Shown here: piece by piece, positions 17,631 through 27,800 of the stretch
Layout of the letters: each line of letters starts with the position of its first letter
Position numbering within the stretch: the first letter of the stretch is position 1
From: an uncultured virus (IMG/VR IMGVR_UViG_3300027659_000029)
Taxonomy: Duplodnaviria > Heunggongvirae > Uroviricota > Caudoviricetes
IMG/VR virus record: IMGVR_UViG_3300027659_000029
Strand: one strand, 5' to 3'
DNA length: 64,000 bases
Translations under genes and position numbers: made by a program
Notes under the pieces: generated by a model
Told to the model about the DNA's origin: nothing
Seen by the model: only the letters and a program-made list of their open reading frames with translations
Databases searched by the model: none

Positions 17631-18074
17631 CTATTGAAAATATAATTCCGCTTCCGCCTTACGTCTGCGTGTTAGCCCTTTTTCAAATGAACTGCCTTTA
17701 TTCACCCATCGCATAAACTCATCACGGATACTTATATCATTTGGATTAGAATTTACTTTTTTAAGTAATGTTGATTTATCTAAATTCCCAAAACCAATAT
17801 TATAAGTTAAAGACACCAATGAATCAAACATACTTTGCGTAAAATCACACCTTAGACGTTTAATAACTCCAGTTTCAAACCTACTAAGTATTGATGAAAA
17901 TAACTCATCCGCACGTTGCTGAGTAAGTACATCTCCCTTCTTCACACTTGTGCCATTTTCATACTGAGTGTTTCCCCAGCCAATAGTCCAAATATTTTTG
18001 CTATCTTGATACGCTTTTAATCTGCAAGATTCAAAGGTTTGAATAAGTTTAATTCCTGTGGTGGATACTTTCAT
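17631..18074 (-). CDS. Phage lysozyme (GH24 endolysin)
   Basis: FESCRLKAYQDSKNIWTIGWGNT (E-x8-D-x5-T triad), FDSLVSLTYNIG, GLTRRRKAE. Confidence 0.95.
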   Translation of the reverse strand: MKVSTTGIKLIQTFESCRLKAYQDSKNIWTIGWGNTQYENGTSVKKGDVLTQQRADELFSSILSRFETGVIKRLRCDFTQSMFDSLVSLTYNIGFGNLDKSTLLKKVNSNPNDISIRDEFMRWVNKGSSFEKGLTRRRKAEAELYFQ

Positions 18075-18135
18075 TATTATGTGTTATTTTTATCCAAGAT
18101 CTGTATCTTGTTTAAGTATATTATTTGAATTTTTG

Positions 18136-18143
18136 CAAATGTA
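18136..18143 (-). promoter_or_regulatory. TAnnTTTG box upstream of lysozyme
   Basis: TACATTTG on minus strand; a similar TATATTTG at 17534-17527 precedes the next gene. Confidence 0.5.
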
Positions 18144-18165
18144 TTTCAAAGTAAAAATTATTTCT

Positions 18166-18606
18166 TTATTTATTTTTTTTCCATATAGTCCCATTAAATT
18201 TTTTTTTAAATATTGAATCTGATAATTTTATTCTCTTAACATTTAATGAATTTACAAATAATACTGATTTAGATTTTATTGATGATTTGATATTTGGTAT
18301 ATTTTTATAATTTATAAAGTTGTATTTGTATTTTAAAATAATTGTATTACTATCAACTCGTTCAATTTTTGTTATGTTTTTTTTGAACAATTGTAAATTT
18401 GTATCTTTATTAGGCGTATTGGTAAGTCTGTTTGGTATTTTGATATAAGGTGTATTGCTAATATTTATAAAAGAATCTTTATTATTTACATTTTTTAAAA
18501 TATTATTTTTTGTTTGAGATTTGGTAGATATTGTAAGTACTATGAATATTGTAAATATGATTATTTTGAATAACAATATAAATATTGTGAAGATTATATT
18601 TTTCAT
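18166..18606 (-). CDS. Extremely AT-rich, K/N/I-rich paralog of 18801..19205
   Basis: Colinear with the neighbour (TISTKSQTKNNILKN vs TIATQAQTKARILEN; SDSIFKKKFNGTIWK vs SDWILGQTFDGSTWK). Confidence 0.6.
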   Translation of the reverse strand: MKNIIFTIFILLFKIIIFTIFIVLTISTKSQTKNNILKNVNNKDSFINISNTPYIKIPNRLTNTPNKDTNLQLFKKNITKIERVDSNTIILKYKYNFINYKNIPNIKSSIKSKSVLFVNSLNVKRIKLSDSIFKKKFNGTIWKKNK

Positions 18607-18646
18607 TTTATTATTGAAAATCAAAATTGTTTATTATAATTATTTA

Positions 18647-18808
18647 TTAATTTGTATATTGTTGGGTATATAGTTGCCGAACTTCAGTTGCCGATAATGC
18701 ACGATTCCAAATCATTAGATTTTTTAAAAGACCATTCCATTTAAAAGTACCTAAAGTATATGATCCAGTAGTACCTATTGTTAATACGCCTCTGATTAGG
18801 TTACTCAT
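18647..18808 (-). pseudogene. C-terminal fragment of a LamG/concanavalin-like domain
   Basis: WNGLLKNLMIWNRALSATEVRQLY is the typical LamG_3 C-terminal signature; rest of the domain absent. Confidence 0.6.
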
Positions 18809-19205
18809 CGTTCTTCCAAGTAGAGCCATCGAATGTTTGACCTAATATCCAATCCGATGCGTTGATTTGTATCGTGTTCAATTTACTCAATAATGCTAAC
18901 CATTTGGTTTGTATGAACGCTTTAATACTCGCTTCGTTTTGATAGTTGTAAAACTTATCATTACATCTAAATACAACCATATTGCCGTCAATACGTTCTA
19001 TCTCAGGTATCTCTTGTTTTAAAGATTGAAAGGTTGCATCCTTATCAGGAATGGCAATGAATTTAGCAGGAATCGTTATGTATAGTTCATAACGTAGATT
19101 AAAAGTAGAATCATCGTTCTTTAAGTTTTCTAAAATTCTTGCCTTAGTTTGGGCTTGTGTTGCGATTGTTAACAGCATCAATGCTGTAATGATTATGTAT
19201 CTCAT
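18801..19205 (-). CDS. Secreted hypothetical protein
   Basis: Signal peptide MRYIIITALMLLTIATQAQ. Confidence 0.75.
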   Translation of the reverse strand: MRYIIITALMLLTIATQAQTKARILENLKNDDSTFNLRYELYITIPAKFIAIPDKDATFQSLKQEIPEIERIDGNMVVFRCNDKFYNYQNEASIKAFIQTKWLALLSKLNTIQINASDWILGQTFDGSTWKNDE

Positions 19206-19216
19206 ATATTTATTAT

Positions 19217-21841
19217 TTACCAAGTTTCAGTCCATTCGATTGTTACAAAACAAGCACCACCTGTCATAGTCACTCCTCCAAAATTTAATGATAATGCTTG
19301 TGATGCTGAATTGAGTATTATAGGTTTGCCTCTTAATCCAAAGTCAAACACATATTTTTCAGGTTGTGTTGCCGTAGTTGAGCAAAATATAGGCACAGTT
19401 TCAACCGAACCAATCGTAGTGCCAAGTGTAGGATTAGCAGTATAATATTGAACAATTGAACGTGCATCAGCATCTGAGGCATCAAGTGGTACTGCCGTCA
19501 TAGTTGTTGCCGTTCCTAATGTATTAGCCGTAGACCTTTTAATTAATGCAACATTGAATGTGCTACCTGCCGTTTGCGTAGCAGAGAATATAATCTTAGT
19601 TATCATTATTGTCTTAGATGCAACACCTGAAATTGTGAATATATCTGTGGCTAATGCAGCAGGACTAAAACTACCTGATGATGCACGATATGTTACACGA
19701 TGACGCATCTCATCTTTGGTTAATAATACACCACTTTTAGTAGTAGTTATTTGAGACCAATCTCCATTTGCTGATGTTGTTGATGATGTCAATGTATCAC
19801 CTCTAATACCCAAAATCTTATTACCACCAAAAGCATCCGCAGAAGCAAAATCTTCTTGAACAAATTGAGAAGTATTACTAAATGCGCTTACCCCACTTGC
19901 CGTTGTGGCTACATTTAGTGAAGCCTGCTGATTAAGATTTAAATAAACCATATTATTTGCCGTATTCAAAACTATAAATACAGTTGCCGTTCCTGTCATT
20001 GCAGATAATCCTGTAAATCTAATTCTTTTTGCGCCCATTGTTGGCATAAAATACAAAGATGTATCTCCGCTACTAACTGTTGCACTTGTACCTGCACCTG
20101 ATACTGTGTATCTTGTTAACAAATTTGTAGATGCAGTTGTCCAAGTCGAATCGTCATTACTAAATTGAACTGATAATGCACCTGTGTAAACTCCTCTAAC
20201 TTTTATTGATGCGTTTGTATATCCATCACACAATGCCAATACCGCACTACCTGCCGTTGCCGTTCGAGTTGGTGTTAAGTTTTGTGTAGTAATAGTACCG
20301 CTTACCGAATACGTTGGTACTGATGATGTAAAAGTACCTGTAACCGCTTGTGTTGCAGGGAAGTTGCCAATATTTATAGTACTTCTACTTCCTGTTGTAC
20401 TATCGGAAAATGTTGTTACTTCGGTTGTACCATTCATTATAACTACTCTTTGTGCGCCTTTACCATTTAAAGACAAAGGATGTAATGTTGAATCAGCAGG
20501 TGCAGTTGCCATATATGATACTGCACCTAAAACCATTGGGCCTTTAACAGCTGTTGATGATGCGCCTTTCCCGTAACTTAAATTTGTTTTTATTTCATTC
20601 AATGTACTTTCAGTTGCCGCATCTGTTGGAAGCGAAATTGTACCGCTTACGTTATTCAAATTCCAAGTGCCTGACTGGGTTGCATCAACAGTCAACGCAC
20701 CTGATGGGTTAACTTTTACATCAACATATCCACCACCACTACCTGTTGTCAAGCCGTGCATAACCGCATTCACAACTAATCCTGTATCTGCCGATACTAC
20801 TGCCGTACCTAATGTTTTCTTAGTCACATCTGATATGGTTGTGTTAACATTACCTGATAATGATACAGGTTGTGTTACCCCACTACCGTCAACTAATAAC
20901 CTAGTTGATGTCACCGTTAATCCTGATGGTAGCCTTGATGTATTTGTAGCCGTATTTGCAAGATTAGTGGAATCTACTGCATCTAAACTTGTTGTCCCAC
21001 CACTACCACCACTTCCAAACCCATTAGTTGCAAAAACCCTAATACTATCAGGACTATAAATAGCAAGTCTATTTCCAGCAGTTGATAAATTTGATGGCAC
21101 TTTGCTATTTAAAGCGGATAGAGTTGTTTCAGTTGACGCACCTGTTGGAAGTGATATAGTACCGCTTACGTTATTTACATTCCAAGTCCCTGATTGAGTA
21201 GCTTGTACAGCAAAAGTACCTGCATTAGTTACTGCGTGACTACCAACTGTTAACGTACCTCCTAACTTACTATTGATACCTGATATGTTAGTACTATCAG
21301 TTGCATCAAGACTCGCAGTAAGTGTATCCGTTGATGATTTTAAACGAGTAAATGTAACTGGTGTAGATGGCATTGTAGCTATTGATACTGGTTGTGTTGC
21401 CTGATAAAATGTTCCACTTACCGCTTGTGTAGCAGGAAAGTTACTAATCTTCATAGTACCTCTCTGAGTTGCACTATCCAATGTGGTAGTAACACCTGTA
21501 CCTAACTTGGCAAGGTTAACACTATCTTGGTTCATACGCATGTATACACTATCCGTTTTTAATTTTATTAAAGAAAGATTTGTTGAATCAATTGCATCTA
21601 AACTACCACCTCCAGTTACAGTAATAGTTCCTGCAAGTTTTGTATTTATACTATTTAAATAAAATTGTGATATACTATCATACACACTTAGCCAAAATTT
21701 ATTTGGGGCGGTGGAGTCTATGTTTACAGAATGCCTAATCCCTTTTACTGTTTTACCAGATATTTCCCCGCCTGTTTGTGCTTGAGAATACCCTAAAATT
21801 GTTATTGCGATTAACGCAAGTGTTATTATTATTTTTTTCAT
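19217..21841 (-). CDS. T/S/G-rich repeat, fibre-like protein with N-terminal signal peptide
   Basis: MKKIIITLALIAITILGYSQAQ; repeats SLDAxDSTN x3, ATQSGTWNxNNVSGTISLPT x2, NFPATQAVxGTF x2. Confidence 0.7.
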   Translation of the reverse strand: MKKIIITLALIAITILGYSQAQTGGEISGKTVKGIRHSVNIDSTAPNKFWLSVYDSISQFYLNSINTKLAGTITVTGGGSLDAIDSTNLSLIKLKTDSVYMRMNQDSVNLAKLGTGVTTTLDSATQRGTMKISNFPATQAVSGTFYQATQPVSIATMPSTPVTFTRLKSSTDTLTASLDATDSTNISGINSKLGGTLTVGSHAVTNAGTFAVQATQSGTWNVNNVSGTISLPTGASTETTLSALNSKVPSNLSTAGNRLAIYSPDSIRVFATNGFGSGGSGGTTSLDAVDSTNLANTATNTSRLPSGLTVTSTRLLVDGSGVTQPVSLSGNVNTTISDVTKKTLGTAVVSADTGLVVNAVMHGLTTGSGGGYVDVKVNPSGALTVDATQSGTWNLNNVSGTISLPTDAATESTLNEIKTNLSYGKGASSTAVKGPMVLGAVSYMATAPADSTLHPLSLNGKGAQRVVIMNGTTEVTTFSDSTTGSRSTINIGNFPATQAVTGTFTSSVPTYSVSGTITTQNLTPTRTATAGSAVLALCDGYTNASIKVRGVYTGALSVQFSNDDSTWTTASTNLLTRYTVSGAGTSATVSSGDTSLYFMPTMGAKRIRFTGLSAMTGTATVFIVLNTANNMVYLNLNQQASLNVATTASGVSAFSNTSQFVQEDFASADAFGGNKILGIRGDTLTSSTTSANGDWSQITTTKSGVLLTKDEMRHRVTYRASSGSFSPAALATDIFTISGVASKTIMITKIIFSATQTAGSTFNVALIKRSTANTLGTATTMTAVPLDASDADARSIVQYYTANPTLGTTIGSVETVPIFCSTTATQPEKYVFDFGLRGKPIILNSASQALSLNFGGVTMTGGACFVTIEWTETW

Positions 21842-21847
21842 AAAAAA

Positions 21848-22504
21848 TTATTCAGTAATTACCAATTTTGAATCAATCATTTGTATTCTTGTGCAATTTC
21901 TACCAAGCAATTGATCCGCTATTTCAGCACCACCAAAATAATATACGCTTATTGGAGAGAAACTAATTTTATACGTTTCATCTTGATAGCAATATTCATT
22001 TATAGTAGCCACAGCACTCATGTCAATTGTTTTATCTGATGTTAACACACCAAGAGGTATGTTATACCCTTTATTGTCTTCCGCAATAAACACGCCAGCT
22101 ACGAAGTCAGCATCTGATAATGTTTGCCAAGTGATGCTTGTGCCACCACCACCTCCACCAGTACAAGTTACATTTACATTTGTAGATGGTGATACTTGTT
22201 GAAATGATTGCCCATTTGAATCAATAAGTATTGACTGCCCTGCCAATAAACTAAAGCATGGCAAAAGTAAATTTTCATCAACATAAATACATATTCCAGT
22301 CACTGTTGATGCTGATGTATTTTTAAGTGCTATAGAATGTACTTGTATTGCATCAATATATGCGGTGGCAAATATTGTTTTATCCGTATCTAAAAAATCA
22401 GATGAAGGATTCATACCTTGCTCATACACAACAGTGCAGTAAATAACATCTGCGGTTGATGCTATTGCCCAAATTTTACTATTTTTTGCTAATGTAAAAT
22501 ACAT
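21848..22504 (-). CDS. Putative virion structural protein
   Basis: 218 aa, beta-rich, poly-Gly hinge; immediately after portal. Confidence 0.55.
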   Translation of the reverse strand: MYFTLAKNSKIWAIASTADVIYCTVVYEQGMNPSSDFLDTDKTIFATAYIDAIQVHSIALKNTSASTVTGICIYVDENLLLPCFSLLAGQSILIDSNGQSFQQVSPSTNVNVTCTGGGGGGTSITWQTLSDADFVAGVFIAEDNKGYNIPLGVLTSDKTIDMSAVATINEYCYQDETYKISFSPISVYYFGGAEIADQLLGRNCTRIQMIDSKLVITE

Positions 22505-22505
22505 A

Positions 22506-24854
22506 TTATATAAGTGCTTCTTTTTCTTTTTTAGCCATTTCTAATTGAGCCAAATGGTCTGCTTGGCTTTTTTTGTTTTCTGATGAATTATCTTGTACTG
22601 CCTTTTTACCTTCTGTTTTTAATTGTTCTTGCAACGCCAATAATTGAGTTTGTGTTTGTGTTTGTTTTTGTTGCATTTGTTCATTAAATTGTGCTTGTTG
22701 TTGTTGTGATTGCTGTTGAGCTTGTTGCTGTTGTTGCATTAGTGATTGTTGGTTTTCAATAGCTATTCGTTGCTGTCTTTTTATTGATGCCGTAACGAAT
22801 AAATTAGCCAATTTGAAATTATCAATTCCTTGAATAATAACTAATGTCCCAATTGGTATTTTTTGTTGCAGTTCAAGTTGCATTACATAATTCATAAATG
22901 CAATTCTATCTTGTTCTGTTGGTACGCTTTCTACATCTAATATACATCTTTGCTCTGGCATATCTCTATATACTTCCAACCAATTAATTCCTTTTGTTCC
23001 TAATATAGCATACATTTCTTTTGCTCTATCTGATGTTGGTTTAAGGTTTTTATCAAATTCAGATATAACTTGTTGATTATAATATAACATTCTTTCGCCA
23101 AATTCAGTATTTGCAAACTCATACGCCTCTTCAATATCCATTGTAGCAAATTGTGAACTTGCGGTTGCTCCTTGAATGCTTTTATTTGTTGTTCTTGGTT
23201 TTGGTTCTTGTGCTAATCTATTAGGATTTATACCCAATGACATTAAGCACATATTGTATATTGTCATTAATTGTTGAACCAACCCTACACAATCGTTAAG
23301 TATTCTATTTTCCATTATTGATGTAGGATTATCTAATCTTTCCTCATCATTTTCACCCTTTCTTTTTTTGGCAATATAACTACCGCTTTGTTTAACTCTT
23401 CGTATTATTTTAGCTTGTATATTTTGGGCTGCATTTTGGTCAATATCTATATCATTATTTTGCATCTCTGATATAATTTCATCAGCTAATGCCCTTAGTG
23501 GTTCTTCCGCAAATATTACGCCTTGTGGTATAAATGAAGCAAATGTGTTTAAATATTGATTATAAATTTTATTCATTCTTGAGAAATCAACATTCATAAT
23601 ATCATAAAAACTCATTCTCGTACCGTCTCTTCTTACAATTAATGAAGTTTTAGCATCTACCAAATTTGTTCCATTTCTATACATATCTTGCAAATTTCCT
23701 AGATCAAGTATGTATTTCTCATCAAGACTTTGCGATGATAATGGAAGGTAATAAAATTTCTTAATTACATTGTAATAATTACCTGTATTTTCATCTTTTT
23801 CGTGCTTTTTAATCTCCATATATCCCAAACGAATATTGGTATTCAAAAATCCAAATGTTGGTTGTATTACATTATCATCAAAATTAGGCCAGTCGCTATT
23901 GCCCCATGTAAGTCTATTTTTTTCATATACCATTTTATTCCTTTCATCATCCATTTTGCCCCCTACCATTTTCATATAATTGACCCAAGTAGTTACAAAT
24001 TCATAACTCCAATAGTCTAAATCACCACCATTTTTTTGTTTAAAATTTGATGTGTAAATATTTACTGGGTCAATATATGTAACCTCTGGCAATCCATTCA
24101 TTGCGGATGTATAAAACCTATAACATAATGCATTGACGTGCATATAGTCTGATATAATTCTTTCCGATACTATGTCATCAAATTCAACATCATCACGATA
24201 ATGCGAAATCATTTCTTCGTGTGCAATTTCGACTCCATCTTTTAACATTCCACTTTCTGATAACAAGGCATAGTCCCAATCATCTTGTGATTCAGCTTTT
24301 ATTTGCGCTAAAAGATTAGGCGTTTCCTCTTCGCCATTTTCACTAGGTATAAGTAGTTTATCTAAATTTGCATCATAACTTATAGGTGGGTGATTTGTCA
24401 ATGCAAGGATATCATTAATGGTATCTACCATATTCCTTTTATTGAGTATCCTTAATTTTTCTTTCGCTTTTTTATCTACTGAAATTTTATCAGTACCCCT
24501 TACGGATAAACTTGAAATACCACTTTTGATTTGTTTTTTAATTATATTGACCAAAGATTGAACTGCTGGACACGGTTTCCAATCTGTTCTCATAAATTCT
24601 GCCGTGCCTCCTTCGCCAGTTTCTCTATTTTTAGGATCAAAATAATTTTTTAATTCAGCTAATGATTCCGCATCAAGTATCCCTTTATCAATGTCTCTAT
24701 ACTTTTTAATTTTAACGCCATCAATAAATAGTGTTCTAGTAATATATATTCTCCTTAAAAATTCTAACGCCCACTTTTCATCGACTTTCATGTCAATGTC
24801 TTGAACTATACTTTGAACTTGTGGTAATACTTTATTTTTGGTCTGTTTTGCCAT
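22506..24854 (-). CDS. Portal protein
   Basis: 782 aa; DWKPCPAVQSLVNII, YIDPVN, LGINPNR and Q-rich C-terminal tail typical of Bacteroidota podophage/crAss-like portals. Confidence 0.75.
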   Translation of the reverse strand: MAKQTKNKVLPQVQSIVQDIDMKVDEKWALEFLRRIYITRTLFIDGVKIKKYRDIDKGILDAESLAELKNYFDPKNRETGEGGTAEFMRTDWKPCPAVQSLVNIIKKQIKSGISSLSVRGTDKISVDKKAKEKLRILNKRNMVDTINDILALTNHPPISYDANLDKLLIPSENGEEETPNLLAQIKAESQDDWDYALLSESGMLKDGVEIAHEEMISHYRDDVEFDDIVSERIISDYMHVNALCYRFYTSAMNGLPEVTYIDPVNIYTSNFKQKNGGDLDYWSYEFVTTWVNYMKMVGGKMDDERNKMVYEKNRLTWGNSDWPNFDDNVIQPTFGFLNTNIRLGYMEIKKHEKDENTGNYYNVIKKFYYLPLSSQSLDEKYILDLGNLQDMYRNGTNLVDAKTSLIVRRDGTRMSFYDIMNVDFSRMNKIYNQYLNTFASFIPQGVIFAEEPLRALADEIISEMQNNDIDIDQNAAQNIQAKIIRRVKQSGSYIAKKRKGENDEERLDNPTSIMENRILNDCVGLVQQLMTIYNMCLMSLGINPNRLAQEPKPRTTNKSIQGATASSQFATMDIEEAYEFANTEFGERMLYYNQQVISEFDKNLKPTSDRAKEMYAILGTKGINWLEVYRDMPEQRCILDVESVPTEQDRIAFMNYVMQLELQQKIPIGTLVIIQGIDNFKLANLFVTASIKRQQRIAIENQQSLMQQQQQAQQQSQQQQAQFNEQMQQKQTQTQTQLLALQEQLKTEGKKAVQDNSSENKKSQADHLAQLEMAKKEKEALI

Positions 24855-24858
24855 AATG

Positions 24859-24866
24859 CAAATTTA
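24859..24866 (-). promoter_or_regulatory. TAnnTTTG box 4 nt before the portal ATG (possible leaderless mRNA)
   Basis: Minus strand TAAATTTG-CATT-ATG. Confidence 0.55.
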
Positions 24867-24881
24867 TGAAATTTTCTTGAA

Positions 24882-27800
24882 TTATTTTTTTTGTTTATCA
24901 GGTACTAACCATCTTAACCCAAAATTATTCATAGCCCTATTACCCCACGTTGATCTATCCACTTCTCTGTTACCGTCTGTCATTTGTTGTACATCACTTA
25001 TTGACCCTAAATATGGTAATTGAGGGTTAACAAATGGAAGCCCCATATTGTTATTTAATAAAGGCACACTCATGCTTAACCCTGCTCTTATATCTGATAA
25101 CAATGCTAACCCTGCGGCTGTTGTACTTACTTTTGATTTAAATTCTTCATCAGACATATTATCACCTTCCTCTTTGCCTTTCTCCATTCCCATTACAAAT
25201 CTACGTTTATAAACTTCAATTGAATTACCTGCCACCAATGCAGGATAAAAAGCAGGGCTATGCTCTACCATCCTTTCAGCTACTTTGCCTGCGTACCCTT
25301 CTTTTGCCAAATCTACACCAAATAATTCAAGTTCACCTTGTTTCATTGCACCTTTCTTTCTATTTCGGTCATCTTCATTTTGGAATCCACCAAATTTCAT
25401 ATTACCCATTGCCGCTAATGCAAATATTACTAAACCTAATCCACCTTTACGATAACATCTAAAAATTAAATCAATATCTTCTTGTGGCATTTCGGATATA
25501 TGTTGCTTGATTGCATCTTTAAGTGGGATACCTTGCTCAATCCCTTTTCTTGCCCCTTTTATGTTTTCTATTAAATGTCTGCCCCCACCTGTGAATGCTC
25601 CAAGCATATATTCTACAATTGCCTCTCTTGCAATGTTGACAGGTGTTCTTACAATTGGATATTTTGTTTTAAATGCTGCTGAAGCAATTTTGCCTAATTC
25701 TGTATTCTTTTTACTTTTGTCAACGCTATAACTTGCGGGTTCGCTATACCCAAGAATTCTTGTTATCTCATTCATTTTTGAGGTTACATAGTTATCTTCT
25801 TGATATTTACCTCTTAAAAAGTTGACATAACTTTCATTTATGCTACTTAATATTACATCTGGGTTTGAAATATCATCCCCACGTCTTGCTTTCTGTTCAA
25901 GTCTTGCGGTATACGCTGCTGCAAATTCAGCTCTAGCGGAGAAACTTTTAAGGAATCCATGAAGTCCACCCATTAAACTAATTCCCAACTCCCATTTTTC
26001 AAATGTTGTTCTGTCTTTCCAAGATACTTGTACGTCATTTCCAAGCAATGCATCTAATTGATTTGCTCCTTTAATCATTGCATCCATACCGTCTTTAAAT
26101 GATTTCCCACCTATCCAATTATATAAGTTATTTGATTGGTGGTCAAGCAATGCATTTTGGGCAATTGTTTTTGAAAAATTAAAGTTATTTTGCAATTTTT
26201 TGTCATTAGGGGATGCATCTAATGCGTCTTTTGCATCTTTCAGTCTTAATAAAGATACATCAAGTTTTACTTGTGTCTTTTCCCACATTTTTCTCATCCC
26301 TTCTTCGCCTATATTAAAATAATGAGCCTTATACCTATGAGCCTCTTGCCTCCAAGAGAATGGAGCTTCGCTACCTGCATAAAGACTTAAAGTAGGATTT
26401 AAAATATGTGCTACATTACCAAATGTAGCATTGGTTATTGTATTTAAAGGTTGTTTTGTTAAGCCTGAGAACCCAACTGCCGCTGCTGTAGTTAGATGAC
26501 CTATTAACCCTTGAATATAAATAGTACCTGCCATTGATCCTGCTTTCTCATACCATTTTTTATTTTGAGATTCAGCCAATTGTTGCTCCCTTCTATATTT
26601 AGCTTCAATTTTTTTAGCTTCAATTTCTAATTTTACAACTTCTGAATCAGTCTTTTTTCTTACAGGTTGTGGGCTATCTGTAAACTCTTCCGCATCAATT
26701 TTTCTTTGTGCTTCTTTCCCTCTATTTACAAGATTTTTTTTGTGACGAATTAGCAATATATCTTGTTCTGCGTTTTTCATATCACGTTCTAACTGCCAAA
26801 TGTTATTTGATGAAGATTTTAATATATCTTCAAATTGAGTTACATCTAATGATGATACTCTTAATTTTTTCAATGATTTGTCAAGTACATCTTCAATTCT
26901 TTGAGATGTTTCAATATCAACTTTTGATAATTCTATATTTGTCTTGAAGTTTTGTAAATCTTTTATAGAAGAAGATGATAATGAATTATCTTTTAATTTT
27001 TCATCAACAAGATTTATTAATTTGTCAATTCTTGAATTATGTTCTTCGGCAATTCTTTTTTTCACATCTCTCTCATCTTTTGGAGACCTATCAATTCTAA
27101 TATTTCTTTTATTTAATTCTGTTTTAAATTCATTTCTCAATAAGTCTTCTTCTGTTGTGGCTTGTCTTTTTTCTTGTTCAGTTCTTGCGTCTACTTGATT
27201 TTTTTTAGCCTTTTCTATTTTTGTTTCAAGTTTTGCTATATTTCTTAATTCGTTCCTTGCATCATTTATTTCTTTATTTATATCTTTTTGTGTTGACAAT
27301 TTGTAATCACCTGATTTCAAATAAGCATCTCTTATTTGTTGATCTGTCATTCCTTTGTATATTGATTGCAAATCTTCTTTCACATTTTCAAATACATCTT
27401 TACCACGAACTCCATTATCAATATGGTGATTAATAAGTTTATTTACTAACCCTTTGGCTACCGCTTCAATACTTAAATTATTATCTGAATATGATTTTAT
27501 TTTATTTAGTATGTCATTTTTATCAAGTCCACTTATAATATGATCTGTAATTTCTTTTTCTTTTAATGTACTAAATCTTGCATCTTTATACAATACTTCA
27601 CTTATTGCTTGTGCAAGTGTACTTCCTTTTTCTACTAATTGTGCAATTGCTTCAACGGCAAGGTTTCTTAACCCAAAAGTCAAATCGGTGGCAAGTGTTG
27701 AATTGTCAATTTTTAATTCCCTAATTCTATCCGCAATATCTTTACCTGATTTGCTAAGTGTTTTTTCTCTTCCTGTTTTTTTAGATTCAGTTTGTTTAAT

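Noticed and set aside
18166..19205. Canonical DGR template/variable repeat pair
   Set aside because: Identity is low, many mismatches are at non-adenine positions, and no RT gene is in the window; kept only as a biased paralog.
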